Shown here: positions 1-9,656 of the stretch, piece after piece
How the letters are laid out: each line of letters begins with the position of its first letter
Numbering within the stretch: the first letter of the stretch is position 1
Source: an uncultured virus (IMG/VR IMGVR_UViG_3300032257_000051)
Strand: one strand, 5' to 3'
IMG/VR virus record: IMGVR_UViG_3300032257_000051
Span: 1 to 38,708 of that record
DNA: 38,708 bases
The notes under the pieces: generated by a model
The model's input: only the letters and a program-made list of their open reading frames with translations
Database searches by the model: none
Told to the model about the DNA's origin: nothing
Program-made: the position numbers and the translations under genes

Positions 1-2284
1 AGGCGTTTGTATCCCCAGCGTGGAGCCGCAAATGATCCGTTGTCTGATGTGCAAAATAAACGCCACCAGAGTTGCTATTGCCTGCATCACCGAACGAAAT
101 GCCCGTGGTGAGTTCTGTTCCCGAGCCGCCCGCTGCGGAGCCTTGAATGTAGATGTAGGCATCATCGGAAACCGCTGTGCCGGTATTCTCAAACCACGCA
201 ACCGCGTCCGAGCCAGTTTGCCTTATGTCGAGCGCATAGCCCGGCGAGGTGTGGCCGTGGGATATGCCGGTTGCGTTGATCTTCGAGACCGCAGAGCCGC
301 CTTCATAGAAGGTAATGCCAGCGGTGCTTACGATCAGCCGCCCATCGTTTGACCCTGCATCTGCCTGTAGGTCGATACTCTCGCCAGAGGCCGCCTGGAG
401 AATGTTGGCGTTGGCGCTTGTGCCAAAGAAAGACAGGTTCGTGGCGTTGGCGCTGTTGATCAGTTCAAGGACGCGGACGCCGTCGGTGCTTTGGTCAACA
501 GTAAGGCGTGCGCTGCCAGACGTTGCGCCAACATTCAGATCGCCATTGCTATCGACAACCATGGCGACTGCTGCGGCGACCGTGACTTCCAGATAATCGC
601 CAGAGGTATCATTGCGGTAGCGTATCATCCCGGCATCAACGTCGCCCGCATCGCCAAACCGGATACCCGTCCATGCCTCATTGGTGGAACCATCGACTTG
701 CGAGCGAATGTCAACGTATGCGTGACTTCCGTCAGCGGTGTTCAGGTTCTCAAACCGACCAATAACCTGCGTGCCTGTCTGGCCGACATGAAGCCCGGCT
801 GACGGGGAGGCGCGGTTAATACCTAACCGGCCTTGGCTTTCATCGTAGGTTAAAACAAAGGTAGTCCCGATGGTCATATCTGCGGTCGCATTGATAGCGC
901 CGGTTACGTCAAGCGCAACAGACGGGCTGGTGTTGCCAATGCCCAATCGGGAAGCACTGGCGTCCCAAAACAAGTCGGGAGAGGTGCCAGCGGCGTCGTA
1001 GAAAGATATATCGCCCAGATAGTCAATGCTAATGGCCTTGTAATCAACGCTCCCGCGAGAGTGATAAAAGTTCAAAAACGTATTCGTGCCAATCGGGCCT
1101 ATCGAGGCTACTTCGGCGGCGGATTGATAATGAACGTAAAGCCCAGTTGTGGCGGGCGTAAACGCATAGTTTCCGCTGTTGAATATCGCGCCCTGCACAC
1201 CAACCGTTGTGACTGCGAGTTCCGCTGTTGCGGTAATCCCGCCATTCAGTGCTGCTGCGCCGCTCGCCGCCAGCGTCGTGAACGCGCCCGCTGCCGGGGT
1301 AGAGCCGCCGATAGGCGTGCTGTCCAGGGCGGTCGCCTTAATACTGCCGGTGACATCCAGGGCAACAGTCGGGTTGGTGTTGCCGATGCCCAGGCCAGTG
1401 CCATTCCATCTGCCAACAGGTGACCCGGAGAGATTAACGTACACCTCAGAGCCGCCAATATAGAGCGGCTGGTAGGTGCTTTCGGTGTTGTCGGTGGCCT
1501 CCAGGAGAACGCCGACCGAGGCGATAGACTGCGACCTGAGAGCATAAGAAGCGCCCGCGAACCGCGCGGAAGTCACGCCATCAAGCGCTGTGACATGCAG
1601 AGGGACGAGAGGGGTGGCTTCATTGACGCCCAGGCGGCCCGAGCTCTCATCATAGAAAAGCGTGTTGCTTGTGCCGACGGTCAGATCGCCGGTCAGGGTC
1701 AGGCCAACGAAGGTCGGGCTGGACGTGATCTGCAGATCCTGGTCCATCCAGGCTTCAAAGGCTGAGCCGTTGTAGACCTTCAGCTTGTTGTTCGTGCTGT
1801 CCCAGTAGATGTGGCCTTCGACCAGAGCACCGCCAGACAGATCCGAGGTCGGATCCGAGGCCTGAGCGCCGAGATAGTAGTCCGACATGTCCGAGTGGCT
1901 GGCCCGGTAGACATCCGTGCCATCGCACAGAGCCACCCAGAACTCGCCGACCGCAATCTCGACATCGACACCGCCAGCAGAGATCGTGGCCGCTGCGTCC
2001 GTGTTGTTGCGGATCCAGTACCACTTCTCGACAGCCGGGATGGTGATCGTGAAGGCAGCGCCAGGTGTGCCGTTGAGCTCGATCATGGCCAGGCGCGCCT
2101 CATCAGTCGCGTAGTTGGTCGATGAGAGCGTCTTGTTACCGGTGATCGTGTGGCTTTCCCACCCGGCAATCGCGTCTTCCAGGAGCTGGATCGCGTTGCT
2201 GTTGAGGTCAGCGCCCCAGGTGTTCAGCTTGTCGCCTGTGCCAATGAGCTCCAGGCGGAGGGATGCGGATGGTGAACTTGCCAT
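1..2284 (-). CDS. Tail fibre / receptor-binding protein, N-terminal part (at least 761 aa, runs off the left edge)
   Basis: Not in the ORF track because it has no stop in the window; translated by hand. ATG at 2284 overlaps the upstream TAA (TAATG). Starts MASSPSASLRLELIGTGDKLNTWGADLN and contains repeated RLGIGNTSPSVALDVTG-type beta repeats. Rich in G/S/T/A. Confidence 0.88.
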   Translation of the reverse strand, partial: MASSPSASLRLELIGTGDKLNTWGADLNSNAIQLLEDAIAGWESHTITGNKTLSSTNYATDEARLAMIELNGTPGAAFTITIPAVEKWYWIRNNTDAAATISAGGVDVEIAVGEFWVALCDGTDVYRASHSDMSDYYLGAQASDPTSDLSGGALVEGHIYWDSTNNKLKVYNGSAFEAWMDQDLQITSSPTFVGLTLTGDLTVGTSNTLFYDESSGRLGVNEATPLVPLHVTALDGVTSARFAGASYALRSQSIASVGVLLEATDNTESTYQPLYIGGSEVYVNLSGSPVGRWNGTGLGIGNTNPTVALDVTGSIKATALDSTPIGGSTPAAGAFTTLAASGAAALNGGITATAELAVTTVGVQGAIFNSGNYAFTPATTGLYVHYQSAAEVASIGPIGTNTFLNFYHSRGSVDYKAISIDYLGDISFYDAAGTSPDLFWDASASRLGIGNTSPSVALDVTGAINATADMTIGTTFVLTYDESQGRLGINRASPSAGLHVGQTGTQVIGRFENLNTADGSHAYVDIRSQVDGSTNEAWTGIRFGDAGDVDAGMIRYRNDTSGDYLEVTVAAAVAMVVDSNGDLNVGATSGSARLTVDQSTDGVRVLELINSANATNLSFFGTSANANILQAASGESIDLQADAGSNDGRLIVSTAGITFYEGGSAVSKINATGISHGHTSPGYALDIRQTGSDAVAWFENTGTAVSDDAYIYIQGSAAGGSGTELTTGISFGDAGNSNSGGVYFAHQTTDHLRLHAGDTNA

Positions 2285-2532
2285 TAGACTGTCGCCTCAT
2301 CGGATTGATACCGCCAGTTCGTTCCATCGGAATACGCTGTGCGGTTGGTTGTCGTAACGAAGATGAGATGGCCAGTGTATTCCGTGGCGTCCGGCAGAGC
2401 CGTGCTGGAGTACTGGGGCAGCGGCACAGGAGCCCTGGGCCGTGCGTTTGTGTTTAACACCCGTTCGAGGGATCTGGCAAACCTATGCGCCCAGGTGGGT
2501 GCTTCCTGGGGCATTATGACCTGGCCCCTCAT
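2284..2532 (-). CDS. Small virion protein with a fibre-like LP..A..IFV..AYSDGTNWR motif
   Basis: Coupled to both neighbours (ATGA and TAATG overlaps). The C-terminal SDGTNWR motif resembles phage fibre or decoration domains. The true start may be the second Met. Confidence 0.7.
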   Translation of the reverse strand: MRGQVIMPQEAPTWAHRFARSLERVLNTNARPRAPVPLPQYSSTALPDATEYTGHLIFVTTTNRTAYSDGTNWRYQSDEATV

Positions 2533-3152
2533 GAGCCAGACCCATAGGCCGGCTGCAACTTGGTGCCCTTCCTGTCCGTCCTGGATCCGGCAGCGTTCGC
2601 CTCCTCGATGGCGCGTTCGAGCCGTCCTTCCCAGAGCGCCACACGAGCGTCGTCCATGATGTAGAGCATCGCCTCACACATCGCCGCATAGAGCAGGACG
2701 TCGTGATGGGCGGGCATGATCGTGTTGGTCTCCTGGGTCGTCAACACCAGGGCGGCTGGCTTGGCGTAGTATTCCAGGGTGATGTTCGTGCTCTCATCTG
2801 GCGTCGGGAAGAGGAGCATGGTGCTGCCTCCCTGGACACGATAGGAGCAGGGGCGGCCAGTCGTGCCATCCCGGTATTCTTTCTGCGCTGCTCGGCGACC
2901 GATTGCACTCAGCGGGACGGTAGGATCTGACTGCAGCTCAGCGGTTTCCATGGACAGAAAATCGGCCGGCAGAGAGACGCTCGCCGCCGCCACCACAGTG
3001 GCCGTCGAGATCATCTCTGGGACACGCAGCTTGCGGTTTACTCGGGTCTCGCCCAGGGCGATGAACTCATCGATCCGGTCGTCGATGTCATTGCGGCCCT
3101 TCAGGTAGTTCGAGACTGCCGTCTTCAGGGTTGAGAAGGTCGTGATGCTCAT
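2529..3152 (-). CDS. Head-tail adaptor (tail tubular A / SU10-adaptor-like)
   Basis: 207 aa starting MSITTFSTLKTAVSNYL..R.D..DRIDEFIALGE.R.NR.LR, with a LLFPTPD..YYAKP..HDVLLYAA pattern. Lies downstream of the capsid gene. Confidence 0.8.
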   Translation of the reverse strand: MSITTFSTLKTAVSNYLKGRNDIDDRIDEFIALGETRVNRKLRVPEMISTATVVAAASVSLPADFLSMETAELQSDPTVPLSAIGRRAAQKEYRDGTTGRPCSYRVQGGSTMLLFPTPDESTNITLEYYAKPAALVLTTQETNTIMPAHHDVLLYAAMCEAMLYIMDDARVALWEGRLERAIEEANAAGSRTDRKGTKLQPAYGSGS

Positions 3153-3460
3153 AATCTACCTTTCCAGACACGGTACTTCCTGCGATCAGGATCGTTCAGC
3201 CACCGCTTGAAGGCGACCGGATCTCTATCGATCCCCTGGCGCTGCAGATCCATGTATTCCGCAATGGGTATGCGAGCGGCCAGGCGCATGTCAGCTCCAG
3301 CACGAGAGTGCTCTTCTTCCATGGCCTGGTTCTCGTCGATCAGCTCCGTCACATCCTGTTCCCAGGGGAGATAGAGCTTGCCTGCGTCCTCATCCAGGAC
3401 GACCTGCCGCAGGATCTTGGCCTGCGGATTGTAATCGAACCCGGACTTGTCCTCGGCCAT
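3149..3460 (-). CDS. Conserved hypothetical phage protein (post-capsid)
   Basis: 103 aa with a QDV..LID.N...AARIP....KRWLNDPD..YR pattern, as often seen after this capsid type. GAGGAG RBS upstream. Confidence 0.8.
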   Translation of the reverse strand: MAEDKSGFDYNPQAKILRQVVLDEDAGKLYLPWEQDVTELIDENQAMEEEHSRAGADMRLAARIPIAEYMDLQRQGIDRDPVAFKRWLNDPDRRKYRVWKGRL

Positions 3461-3463
3461 GAC

Positions 3464-3754
3464 CTACTCCTCGTCGCCTTCGTCAGCGAGCGGATCGATT
3501 TCGTCCAGGGGATCCTCGGCCATCTCGGCGAGTTCTTCCTTGGTGTACTTTTTGACGTCTGCGAGCTTCGTGATCTTGGCGGTTGCTGCCGCCTTCACGA
3601 CGCGCCGTGCCTTCAGGAGACTGCGTGCAGCATCCTCCGGCACTTCGATCACATTGTCCGCGTTGAAATACTTGGCATTCGGGATCTCTGCCCCGGTCGC
3701 GATCTCGCCCTCGTAGAGAACTTTGAGTTTGATCATTTTCTTCGCTTTGGCCAT
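3464..3754 (-). CDS. Hypothetical protein (basic N-terminus, acidic tail), possibly capsid-associated
   Basis: 96-aa ORF with AGGAAGGG RBS. Fills the gap between the capsid terminator and the next gene. Confidence 0.72.
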   Translation of the reverse strand: MAKAKKMIKLKVLYEGEIATGAEIPNAKYFNADNVIEVPEDAARSLLKARRVVKAAATAKITKLADVKKYTKEELAEMAEDPLDEIDPLADEGDEE

Positions 3755-3815
3755 TTGGGTTTCCCTTCCTGGGGTTGGTTAAAGTCTGGTCCAGTCTGCT
3801 TCATCGCATGTCAGG

Positions 3816-3841
3816 AAAAGGGGAAGGCCGAAGCCCTCCCC
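3816..3841 (-). terminator. Intrinsic terminator after the major capsid gene
   Basis: Minus strand GGGGAGGGC-TTCG-GCCTTCCCC-TTTT: a GC stem with a UUCG tetraloop and short U tract, 15 nt past the capsid stop. Confidence 0.8.
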
Positions 3842-3856
3842 TCCCTGGTGCCTCGA

Positions 3857-4807
3857 TTAAGAGGTCGAGAGATCCGCGACAACGCCGTGGGCGCTCTCGT
3901 TTTTCATCTCCAGCGTAGCTTCGCAGAGCATATAGCCCCGGATGCTGTCGCCGACTTTCGCCAGTGGAACGTCCTGCATGGGGCGCAGGGTCGAGACACT
4001 GACGTACTCCGGGTCCACCAGGAGGCAGGACCGAGAGCGGTGGTGAGCCGATGGGAACACCTTCAGATCGCCGAAGTCAGATGCATAAACATCGACCGAA
4101 GCGTGAACGGTATTCTCGGACACCATTTGCCGGCTGTTCGAGCGGCCAGTGAAGCCAGAGAACGCCTGCTTGTTGAACGAGCCAACATAGGCATTCTTCG
4201 GGGTTGCACCCTCGTCGAACATGTTCTGAAGAACCGCCTTGAGCAGAGTCTCCGTGAACGCCCGCTGAGTGCCATCAGTCGGAGCCGACGTTGCGTTTGC
4301 AGCGTTAGCACCAGATGTCCCGCGAGACGTGTTGGTGGAGATCCAGCTCTCGAAACCACGAGCCAGGCGAGCGGTGGTAGCATTACCAGCGTTCTGACCT
4401 TGCTCACCGAACAGGATGCGCTCCATGTCACGGCGGCACTCGATAGCGCGGTTCACCTTGATGCGTGCCACCTCGGAGGCGCGGCCCGCTTTGCGAACCT
4501 TCTCCTGGGTGCCAGTGACGGCCCAGCTCTTGCGGAAGATCTGGTTGTAGTTGCCGACCCGGACGGGCACGGTTGATGCGACTGGCGTGACATCGTCACC
4601 TTCCAGCGCGGCGTTGGAAGCGTCAACTGCAGCCAAACTGTCAGTCATCCACTCGTGGAAAGTCGCCTCTGCGGCATTGGTGGCACATGCCGAAAGGATC
4701 GGTGTCTGTTCATTCTCCACACGGTAGAGAACATCGCCGAGATCCTCGCGGTTACCACCCGCAGAGCCGACAGTGAAGGTCGTGAGACCATTTGTCGTAA
4801 GAGCCAT
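3857..4807 (-). other. Major capsid protein (DUF5309 / SU10-type HK97 fold)
   Basis: 316 aa with GNREDL.D......TP, HEW.TD.L, NY.QIFRK..AVTGTQ, Y.SDFG.L and E.TLE..NE.AHG motifs. Follows the scaffold gene and is followed by a terminator. Confidence 0.92.
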
Positions 4808-4812
4808 TGTGG

Positions 4813-5823
4813 CTACTCCTCAAACTGAGCCAGCAGGCTGATCGCGTCATCCCTGCTGTTCGTTTTGTTGAAAGACCTTCGGGCCTGGGCCGTCTTTCGA
4901 CCCTTGCCTTTCAGTCGGGGTTTGGGTGCGCGGGTCTTGCGAACTTTCGGCGCTGGGGCTTTTCCCTCCTTGGCTGCAGTGCGTTCCTGCAGCTGGCGGT
5001 ACTTCCAGGCGTCTCGTGCAATAGCCCATGCTACCGGATTGGCCGTCTGTTCAATCTCCTTGGGATCCATGCCGCGTTCAACGAGGTGTTGCGCCACAGC
5101 AGTGAGCTCCTTCTTTCGTAGATCCATGTCGGCCCATTCCGGTATGACCTCCGGGAACACCTGGGCCGCTTGGGCCATCTGGTGCCGGAGTGTCTCTTGC
5201 CGCTGCTGATGGAGGGCCACGGCCAGGCCCTTCGAGTTCTGAGCAAGGTTCAGGATCTGCTCCCGTTTGCCTCGTAGCTCAGCACCACGTTTCGGATCGA
5301 ACGCCATAGCGTCCTTGATGTCATTTTCGCTCGGAGCGAGCGTCTCAATCTGACCGGCCATGCCCAGGTATGCGTCGGCATAACTGAGGGCGGTCTGCTG
5401 CACCTGGTTCACTCCCTGCTCGACCTGCTTGCGCTGAAACGACAGCTCCTGGGTCTTGCGGGTGTAGTCAGCCTGGCGCTGGTATCCATTGCGAAGCTCA
5501 GAGAGGCGTACTTCCTGGTCTTCTCCGTTGATCTTTACCGCGACCCAGGGATCCTCTCCCTCGTCGCCGTCGTCGTAATCCTCGGCATCGTCGGCATCGC
5601 CGTCGTCGTCAGCCGCAAGTTCGTCATGATCGCCGTCGTCGTCAGCCAGAACCTCTTCTGGACCGCCTTCTGTTTCTGCGCCGCCATTGATCTGCTCCTC
5701 TTCGAGATCCACCCCTTCGCCACCGTCCACGTTCTCTTCGAACCCGGCCAGGAGGGCCGTGGCATCAGAGACTGAGACGTTGCCTTCAGCAGGGACTTCA
5801 GCTGTTTCCTGATTGGTCGCCAT
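4813..5823 (-). CDS. Capsid scaffolding protein
   Basis: Acidic N-terminus, VKINGEDQEV.LSEL..GYQRQADYTRKTQEL motif, coiled-coil middle and basic C-terminus. Directly upstream of the capsid gene. Confidence 0.88.
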   Translation of the reverse strand: MATNQETAEVPAEGNVSVSDATALLAGFEENVDGGEGVDLEEEQINGGAETEGGPEEVLADDDGDHDELAADDDGDADDAEDYDDGDEGEDPWVAVKINGEDQEVRLSELRNGYQRQADYTRKTQELSFQRKQVEQGVNQVQQTALSYADAYLGMAGQIETLAPSENDIKDAMAFDPKRGAELRGKREQILNLAQNSKGLAVALHQQRQETLRHQMAQAAQVFPEVIPEWADMDLRKKELTAVAQHLVERGMDPKEIEQTANPVAWAIARDAWKYRQLQERTAAKEGKAPAPKVRKTRAPKPRLKGKGRKTAQARRSFNKTNSRDDAISLLAQFEE

Positions 5824-6073
5824 TGCTTTCTGCTCTCTTCTTTTTTGCGGCCCTGCGTTCCTTCGCTGCTGCCGCGTTGATATAGCCCCTCATGGTTTCC
5901 ACCACCGCATCGACCCCCTGGATCTTCGCCCAGATGACCTCGCGGCCTTGCACGTCCTCTGCCTCCGTTTCCGTCCAATCGTCAACGAGGGACATCTTGG
6001 TCCAGTTCACGACCTTCAGGAAGGTCTCATCGTCCAGGATGGACTGAAGTCTCTCCATCTCGCCCCTGGTCAT
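5798..6073 (-). CDS. Small conserved head-module protein
   Basis: 91-aa helical ORF (ILDDETF..V.......W......RE.IW) of the type usually found between portal and scaffold. ATGA overlap with the upstream gene. Confidence 0.75.
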   Translation of the reverse strand: MTRGEMERLQSILDDETFLKVVNWTKMSLVDDWTETEAEDVQGREVIWAKIQGVDAVVETMRGYINAAAAKERRAAKKKRAESNGDQSGNS

Positions 6074-7452
6074 CCAAACAGCCCCATTCTACTGAGCATG
6101 GCCTGCATTGATGTCGGATCCGGGGCCGCTGCCTGGGCAGGTGCCTGTGCCATTGCCGGTGCAGCCGCAGCCATCCCAGGCGGGTAGGCATGCCCCACAC
6201 CGCCACTCTCATTCGGGAGGGGAGGCGTACCGGGAACCGGCACCCTTGGGTCTGGTGTGGCCGCTGAGATGTTCACCTGGCTGTAGTGCTGGCGCTCGCC
6301 GCCATCGCGGCCATATCGGTTCCAATCGATGGGAGCCGCAACGGTTTCCGGGTCGGGGTTCTGCACACCTGGTCCACCAGGAATGACACCGCCGCCAGGG
6401 AAGCCGCCATAGCCGCCACCGTCGGGATTGCCGCCCTCGCCGGGATTGCCCCATCCGTCACCATAGCCGTTGTCACCAATGCCGCGCCAGATGTCACGAG
6501 GGTCTGTGATCCATCCAATGCCATTGCCATTGCCACCGCTCTCTCCCGGAACCGTGAAGCTGCGGGCATCAGTGAGAGCTCCATCGACCGTGTTCTGAAG
6601 GTCGCCGATCTGGCCCGTCAGGCCGCTCAGGTCCACCTCAGTAGATCCCCAGCCACCGCGCGTCTGCCAGGCATCGAGCTCGTCGCCCAGGAGTGCCTGG
6701 ATGCCGCTCATGTCTGGCTGGAAGTTGCGGAGCATGTCGTTGCCGGTGCCGATGCCCTGGGCCAGGCTATCGAACCCGCCCTGCATAAACTCGGGAAGAC
6801 CAGCCAGGAACTCAGCCTGAGATCCCGCCGCACCCTGGAGAGTGCCGATGGATCCCTGGAGATCCCCGAACTGCCCCATGATGTCGCCTCGGACATTCGA
6901 CAGGCTGCCGGTGAGGGCCTCGATGCCGGAGCCCATGTTGTTGGATAGCGCCCCGATCTGATCCTGCAGTGCGCTGGTGTCAAAGTCTGTGTTGATATCG
7001 CCGATGCGGCTGTTCAGGCGATCCTCGAACCCACCCATCAGATCTCCCAGGTTCGCCTGGTTGTTGGCGTTCTGCTGGCTCAAGCCAGAGATCCCCTGGG
7101 CCAGGCTGTCAAAGCCACCCTGCATGAAGGGTGTGAGCCCTCCCAGGAAGCGGGACGTGTCGGCCAGGGCTGTGTTGTTCGTCTGCACAAGATCCTGGAG
7201 ACCACCGAACTGGCTGGTCATGCCCTCGTTGAACATCGCGCCCAGGCGATCATAGTCCACCGAAGGACCAGGCTGACTGCCGAAGCTATCGAACCGCTCA
7301 TTGAAGGAGCTCGACAGGGCATTGAACCGGCTGTCCAGGAGTTCATTCAGAGCGTCCATATCGAGGCCTCCACCCATGGGCTCAGGAGTGGTCGTGCCGA
7401 AGCCTGGAGGGGTGCCTCCACCAGTGGTGGGAGGCGGGATCAATGAGGTCAT
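6070..7452 (-). CDS. Gly/Pro-rich protein with amphipathic repeats, function unknown (possible internal or ejection protein)
   Basis: 460 aa with GGAGGA RBS and ATGA overlaps at both ends. Contains a duplicated FL.GL..FMQGGFDSLAQGI segment. Confidence 0.75.
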   Translation of the reverse strand: MTSLIPPPTTGGGTPPGFGTTTPEPMGGGLDMDALNELLDSRFNALSSSFNERFDSFGSQPGPSVDYDRLGAMFNEGMTSQFGGLQDLVQTNNTALADTSRFLGGLTPFMQGGFDSLAQGISGLSQQNANNQANLGDLMGGFEDRLNSRIGDINTDFDTSALQDQIGALSNNMGSGIEALTGSLSNVRGDIMGQFGDLQGSIGTLQGAAGSQAEFLAGLPEFMQGGFDSLAQGIGTGNDMLRNFQPDMSGIQALLGDELDAWQTRGGWGSTEVDLSGLTGQIGDLQNTVDGALTDARSFTVPGESGGNGNGIGWITDPRDIWRGIGDNGYGDGWGNPGEGGNPDGGGYGGFPGGGVIPGGPGVQNPDPETVAAPIDWNRYGRDGGERQHYSQVNISAATPDPRVPVPGTPPLPNESGGVGHAYPPGMAAAAPAMAQAPAQAAAPDPTSMQAMLSRMGLFG

Positions 7453-9656
7453 TGTGGTCTTCCTCCTGGGAATAGGGTCTCAGTCGGGGCCGGCTGCCCT
7501 TTGGGCTGCTGGTTGCCCTGGGGAGGCTGGTTGGAAGGGGTTTTCGGCCCAGCTCCCGATGGCTTCCCCGACTGAGCTGGTTGAGCAGTGCTCTCTTGAT
7601 CGTTGCCCTGCTGCATAATCTTCGCACGCTCGACGGCTTCCTGGCTGCCGAGCTTCTCTGCCTGGATGGCAAGATCCGCGTCGCTGTCGTCTCGCTCGCG
7701 GCGATCCTTGATCAGCTCGCGCTGGGTCTGGTGCTGCTGCTTCATGTTCTCGACCACATAGACGATGTCCTGGGTCGGATCCGGCGGAGGCGGAGGCTGT
7801 GGTGGTGGCATCTCCGTCACGTCCTGGACATACGGATCGATGGCCGGCATGTCGGCTGCCTTCAGGAGATCCACGAACAGATTGTAGATCTGCTCTTCCC
7901 CGATACCCCGGAAGCCCTGGGCCTTCAGTTTCTCCATGGCCGCACCAACCTGGGTGAGGATCTGCATCCGCACCTGGGAGCGACCAGCGCCAACACCTGG
8001 AGCCACCTCGACATCCATGCCGGGTGACCACTGGGATGGGTCGATCTTCACGAACTTGCCCTTCCGGCGGATCATCCGGTGGCTGTCCTGGTGATGAATG
8101 ATCAGCTTGAGCAGCTCACGGTACAGACGGGTGAACCCATTCTCGGCAATGTCCTTGGCCATCTTCTCCTGGCGGATCAGTGAGGCCTGCATGATGTTGT
8201 CCACCGTGCCCTCGGCATGGCGTGTCAGCGAGCTGGCAGCCTGGACCTGGCCGTGTGGACTGATGCCGGAGCGACGCTCGACCAGCTGATCGATCATCTG
8301 CATGAGCGGCATCGCCTGGGCACCTTCCCAGCGCTGATCCAGGCGCATGATTGCGTCGTGCTGCTTCACCCGGATGACAGACCCAGGTTCGTTCTCTTCA
8401 AGCTCCGTCTCATCGACCACCTTGCCCTCAAGCTGAGACCAGCGAGGGTGATTGGTCAGGAAGAGACCGTCGATCATCTGGCGCGTGGCCTCCGAGCGGA
8501 GACGCTGCAGATCCTCGACCGCATCGACCGGGCACAAGCCATCGATCTGGTGCGGTAGATTGATCGGGCTCAGCGGGGTGAACGGGTGGCCATCGCACTG
8601 CTCGACATCGAGCACCGTGCCGTTGCCTCCCTCGTCCACATTGCCGGCCATGGTGACATGCACCCACTCGGCGATCCCATCGCCATCCAGGTCCACGCGG
8701 ATGTAGGCATCCAGAACCTGGACTTCCTCCATCGCCTTGTCGTTCCTGGTCACCGTGTTGACGCGGGTGTCTGAGTTATATCGGCCACGACGTCGATCAG
8801 TCTCGGTCGTCATGGCAGCTGGCAGACCCATCACCTTGTCGAAGTCATGCCCCTCGGCAATCAGATCCGAGCGGGAGACCGTGTCGAACTGCCCGATGAA
8901 GGGCACGTCGTCGATGTTCCTGGCGCGTCTGGCAAAGACCATCTGCTCAGGCGGCACAGCCTCGACCTTGATCCGGCCCTCTTGCCACTGACGCTTGACC
9001 CGGACATCGAAGACCTTGCCAGGCTGTCCAGTCTGAGGATCCACCGGGCCTTCCTTCTCCTCGACGACCTCGACCTTGGCTTCGCCGGTCTGTTGGTCAC
9101 CCAGGGCGAGCACTTCGTTCTGGTCCAGGCCGGAGAAGCGCTTGGTCTCCTCGCGGTCTTCCTTCACCCAGTAGTGCTTCCACCATCCCAGGCGCTGCAC
9201 CAGGGCGTCCTTGACCACCGTGTTGGTGACCAGGTAGCCAGGGTTGTCCACGTTGTAGATGTAGTTGACATAGTCCGTGGCCTCTCGGGCCTGGGAGATC
9301 CGCTCTGCTGCCTGGGCGTCATCATCTGCGATGGCCGGCGCAAAGCTCACTGCCTGGTCGTTGCCGTGGAAGACCTTCATCAGGAAGGGCAGCAGGCTCT
9401 CGACCGTCTCATAGCTGGTGCGGTCAACGTGCTGGGAATAGCCTGAGCGTTCGTTGCCATACGGCTTGCCCAGGTAGCTGTCGATGTTCCGGCTCCGAGA
9501 CCCATCGAGCTCATCATCCGCAATGCCGGCAGCGTCGGTCAGTTCCTGGGAGATGATACCGGCCAGCAGGCTCTCATCGATCTCGCCAGTCTCTGGATCC
9601 ATCAGGGGCGTGTCCGGGGAGCGATTTTCCTGGTCCTGGTTCTTGTCCTTAGCCAT
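7449..9656 (-). CDS. Portal protein (P22/SU10-like)
   Basis: 735 aa right after TerL, with YLGKPYGNE..G.S..V, A..ATDYVNY, KDAL....G, and GRIKVEAVPPE motifs and a Pro/Gln-rich C-terminus. Confidence 0.93.
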   Translation of the reverse strand: MAKDKNQDQENRSPDTPLMDPETGEIDESLLAGIISQELTDAAGIADDELDGSRSRNIDSYLGKPYGNERSGYSQHVDRTSYETVESLLPFLMKVFHGNDQAVSFAPAIADDDAQAAERISQAREATDYVNYIYNVDNPGYLVTNTVVKDALVQRLGWWKHYWVKEDREETKRFSGLDQNEVLALGDQQTGEAKVEVVEEKEGPVDPQTGQPGKVFDVRVKRQWQEGRIKVEAVPPEQMVFARRARNIDDVPFIGQFDTVSRSDLIAEGHDFDKVMGLPAAMTTETDRRRGRYNSDTRVNTVTRNDKAMEEVQVLDAYIRVDLDGDGIAEWVHVTMAGNVDEGGNGTVLDVEQCDGHPFTPLSPINLPHQIDGLCPVDAVEDLQRLRSEATRQMIDGLFLTNHPRWSQLEGKVVDETELEENEPGSVIRVKQHDAIMRLDQRWEGAQAMPLMQMIDQLVERRSGISPHGQVQAASSLTRHAEGTVDNIMQASLIRQEKMAKDIAENGFTRLYRELLKLIIHHQDSHRMIRRKGKFVKIDPSQWSPGMDVEVAPGVGAGRSQVRMQILTQVGAAMEKLKAQGFRGIGEEQIYNLFVDLLKAADMPAIDPYVQDVTEMPPPQPPPPPDPTQDIVYVVENMKQQHQTQRELIKDRRERDDSDADLAIQAEKLGSQEAVERAKIMQQGNDQESTAQPAQSGKPSGAGPKTPSNQPPQGNQQPKGQPAPTETLFPGGRPQ

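Noticed and set aside
1-2284. Diversity-generating retroelement acting on the tail fibre
   Set aside because: No reverse transcriptase is present. The fibre repeats are in-frame protein repeats with mostly synonymous differences, not adenine-specific TR/VR pairs. The missing segment cannot be assessed.
5555-5650. GTCGTC/GCATCG short repeats in the scaffold gene
   Set aside because: They simply encode the Asp-rich acidic linker.
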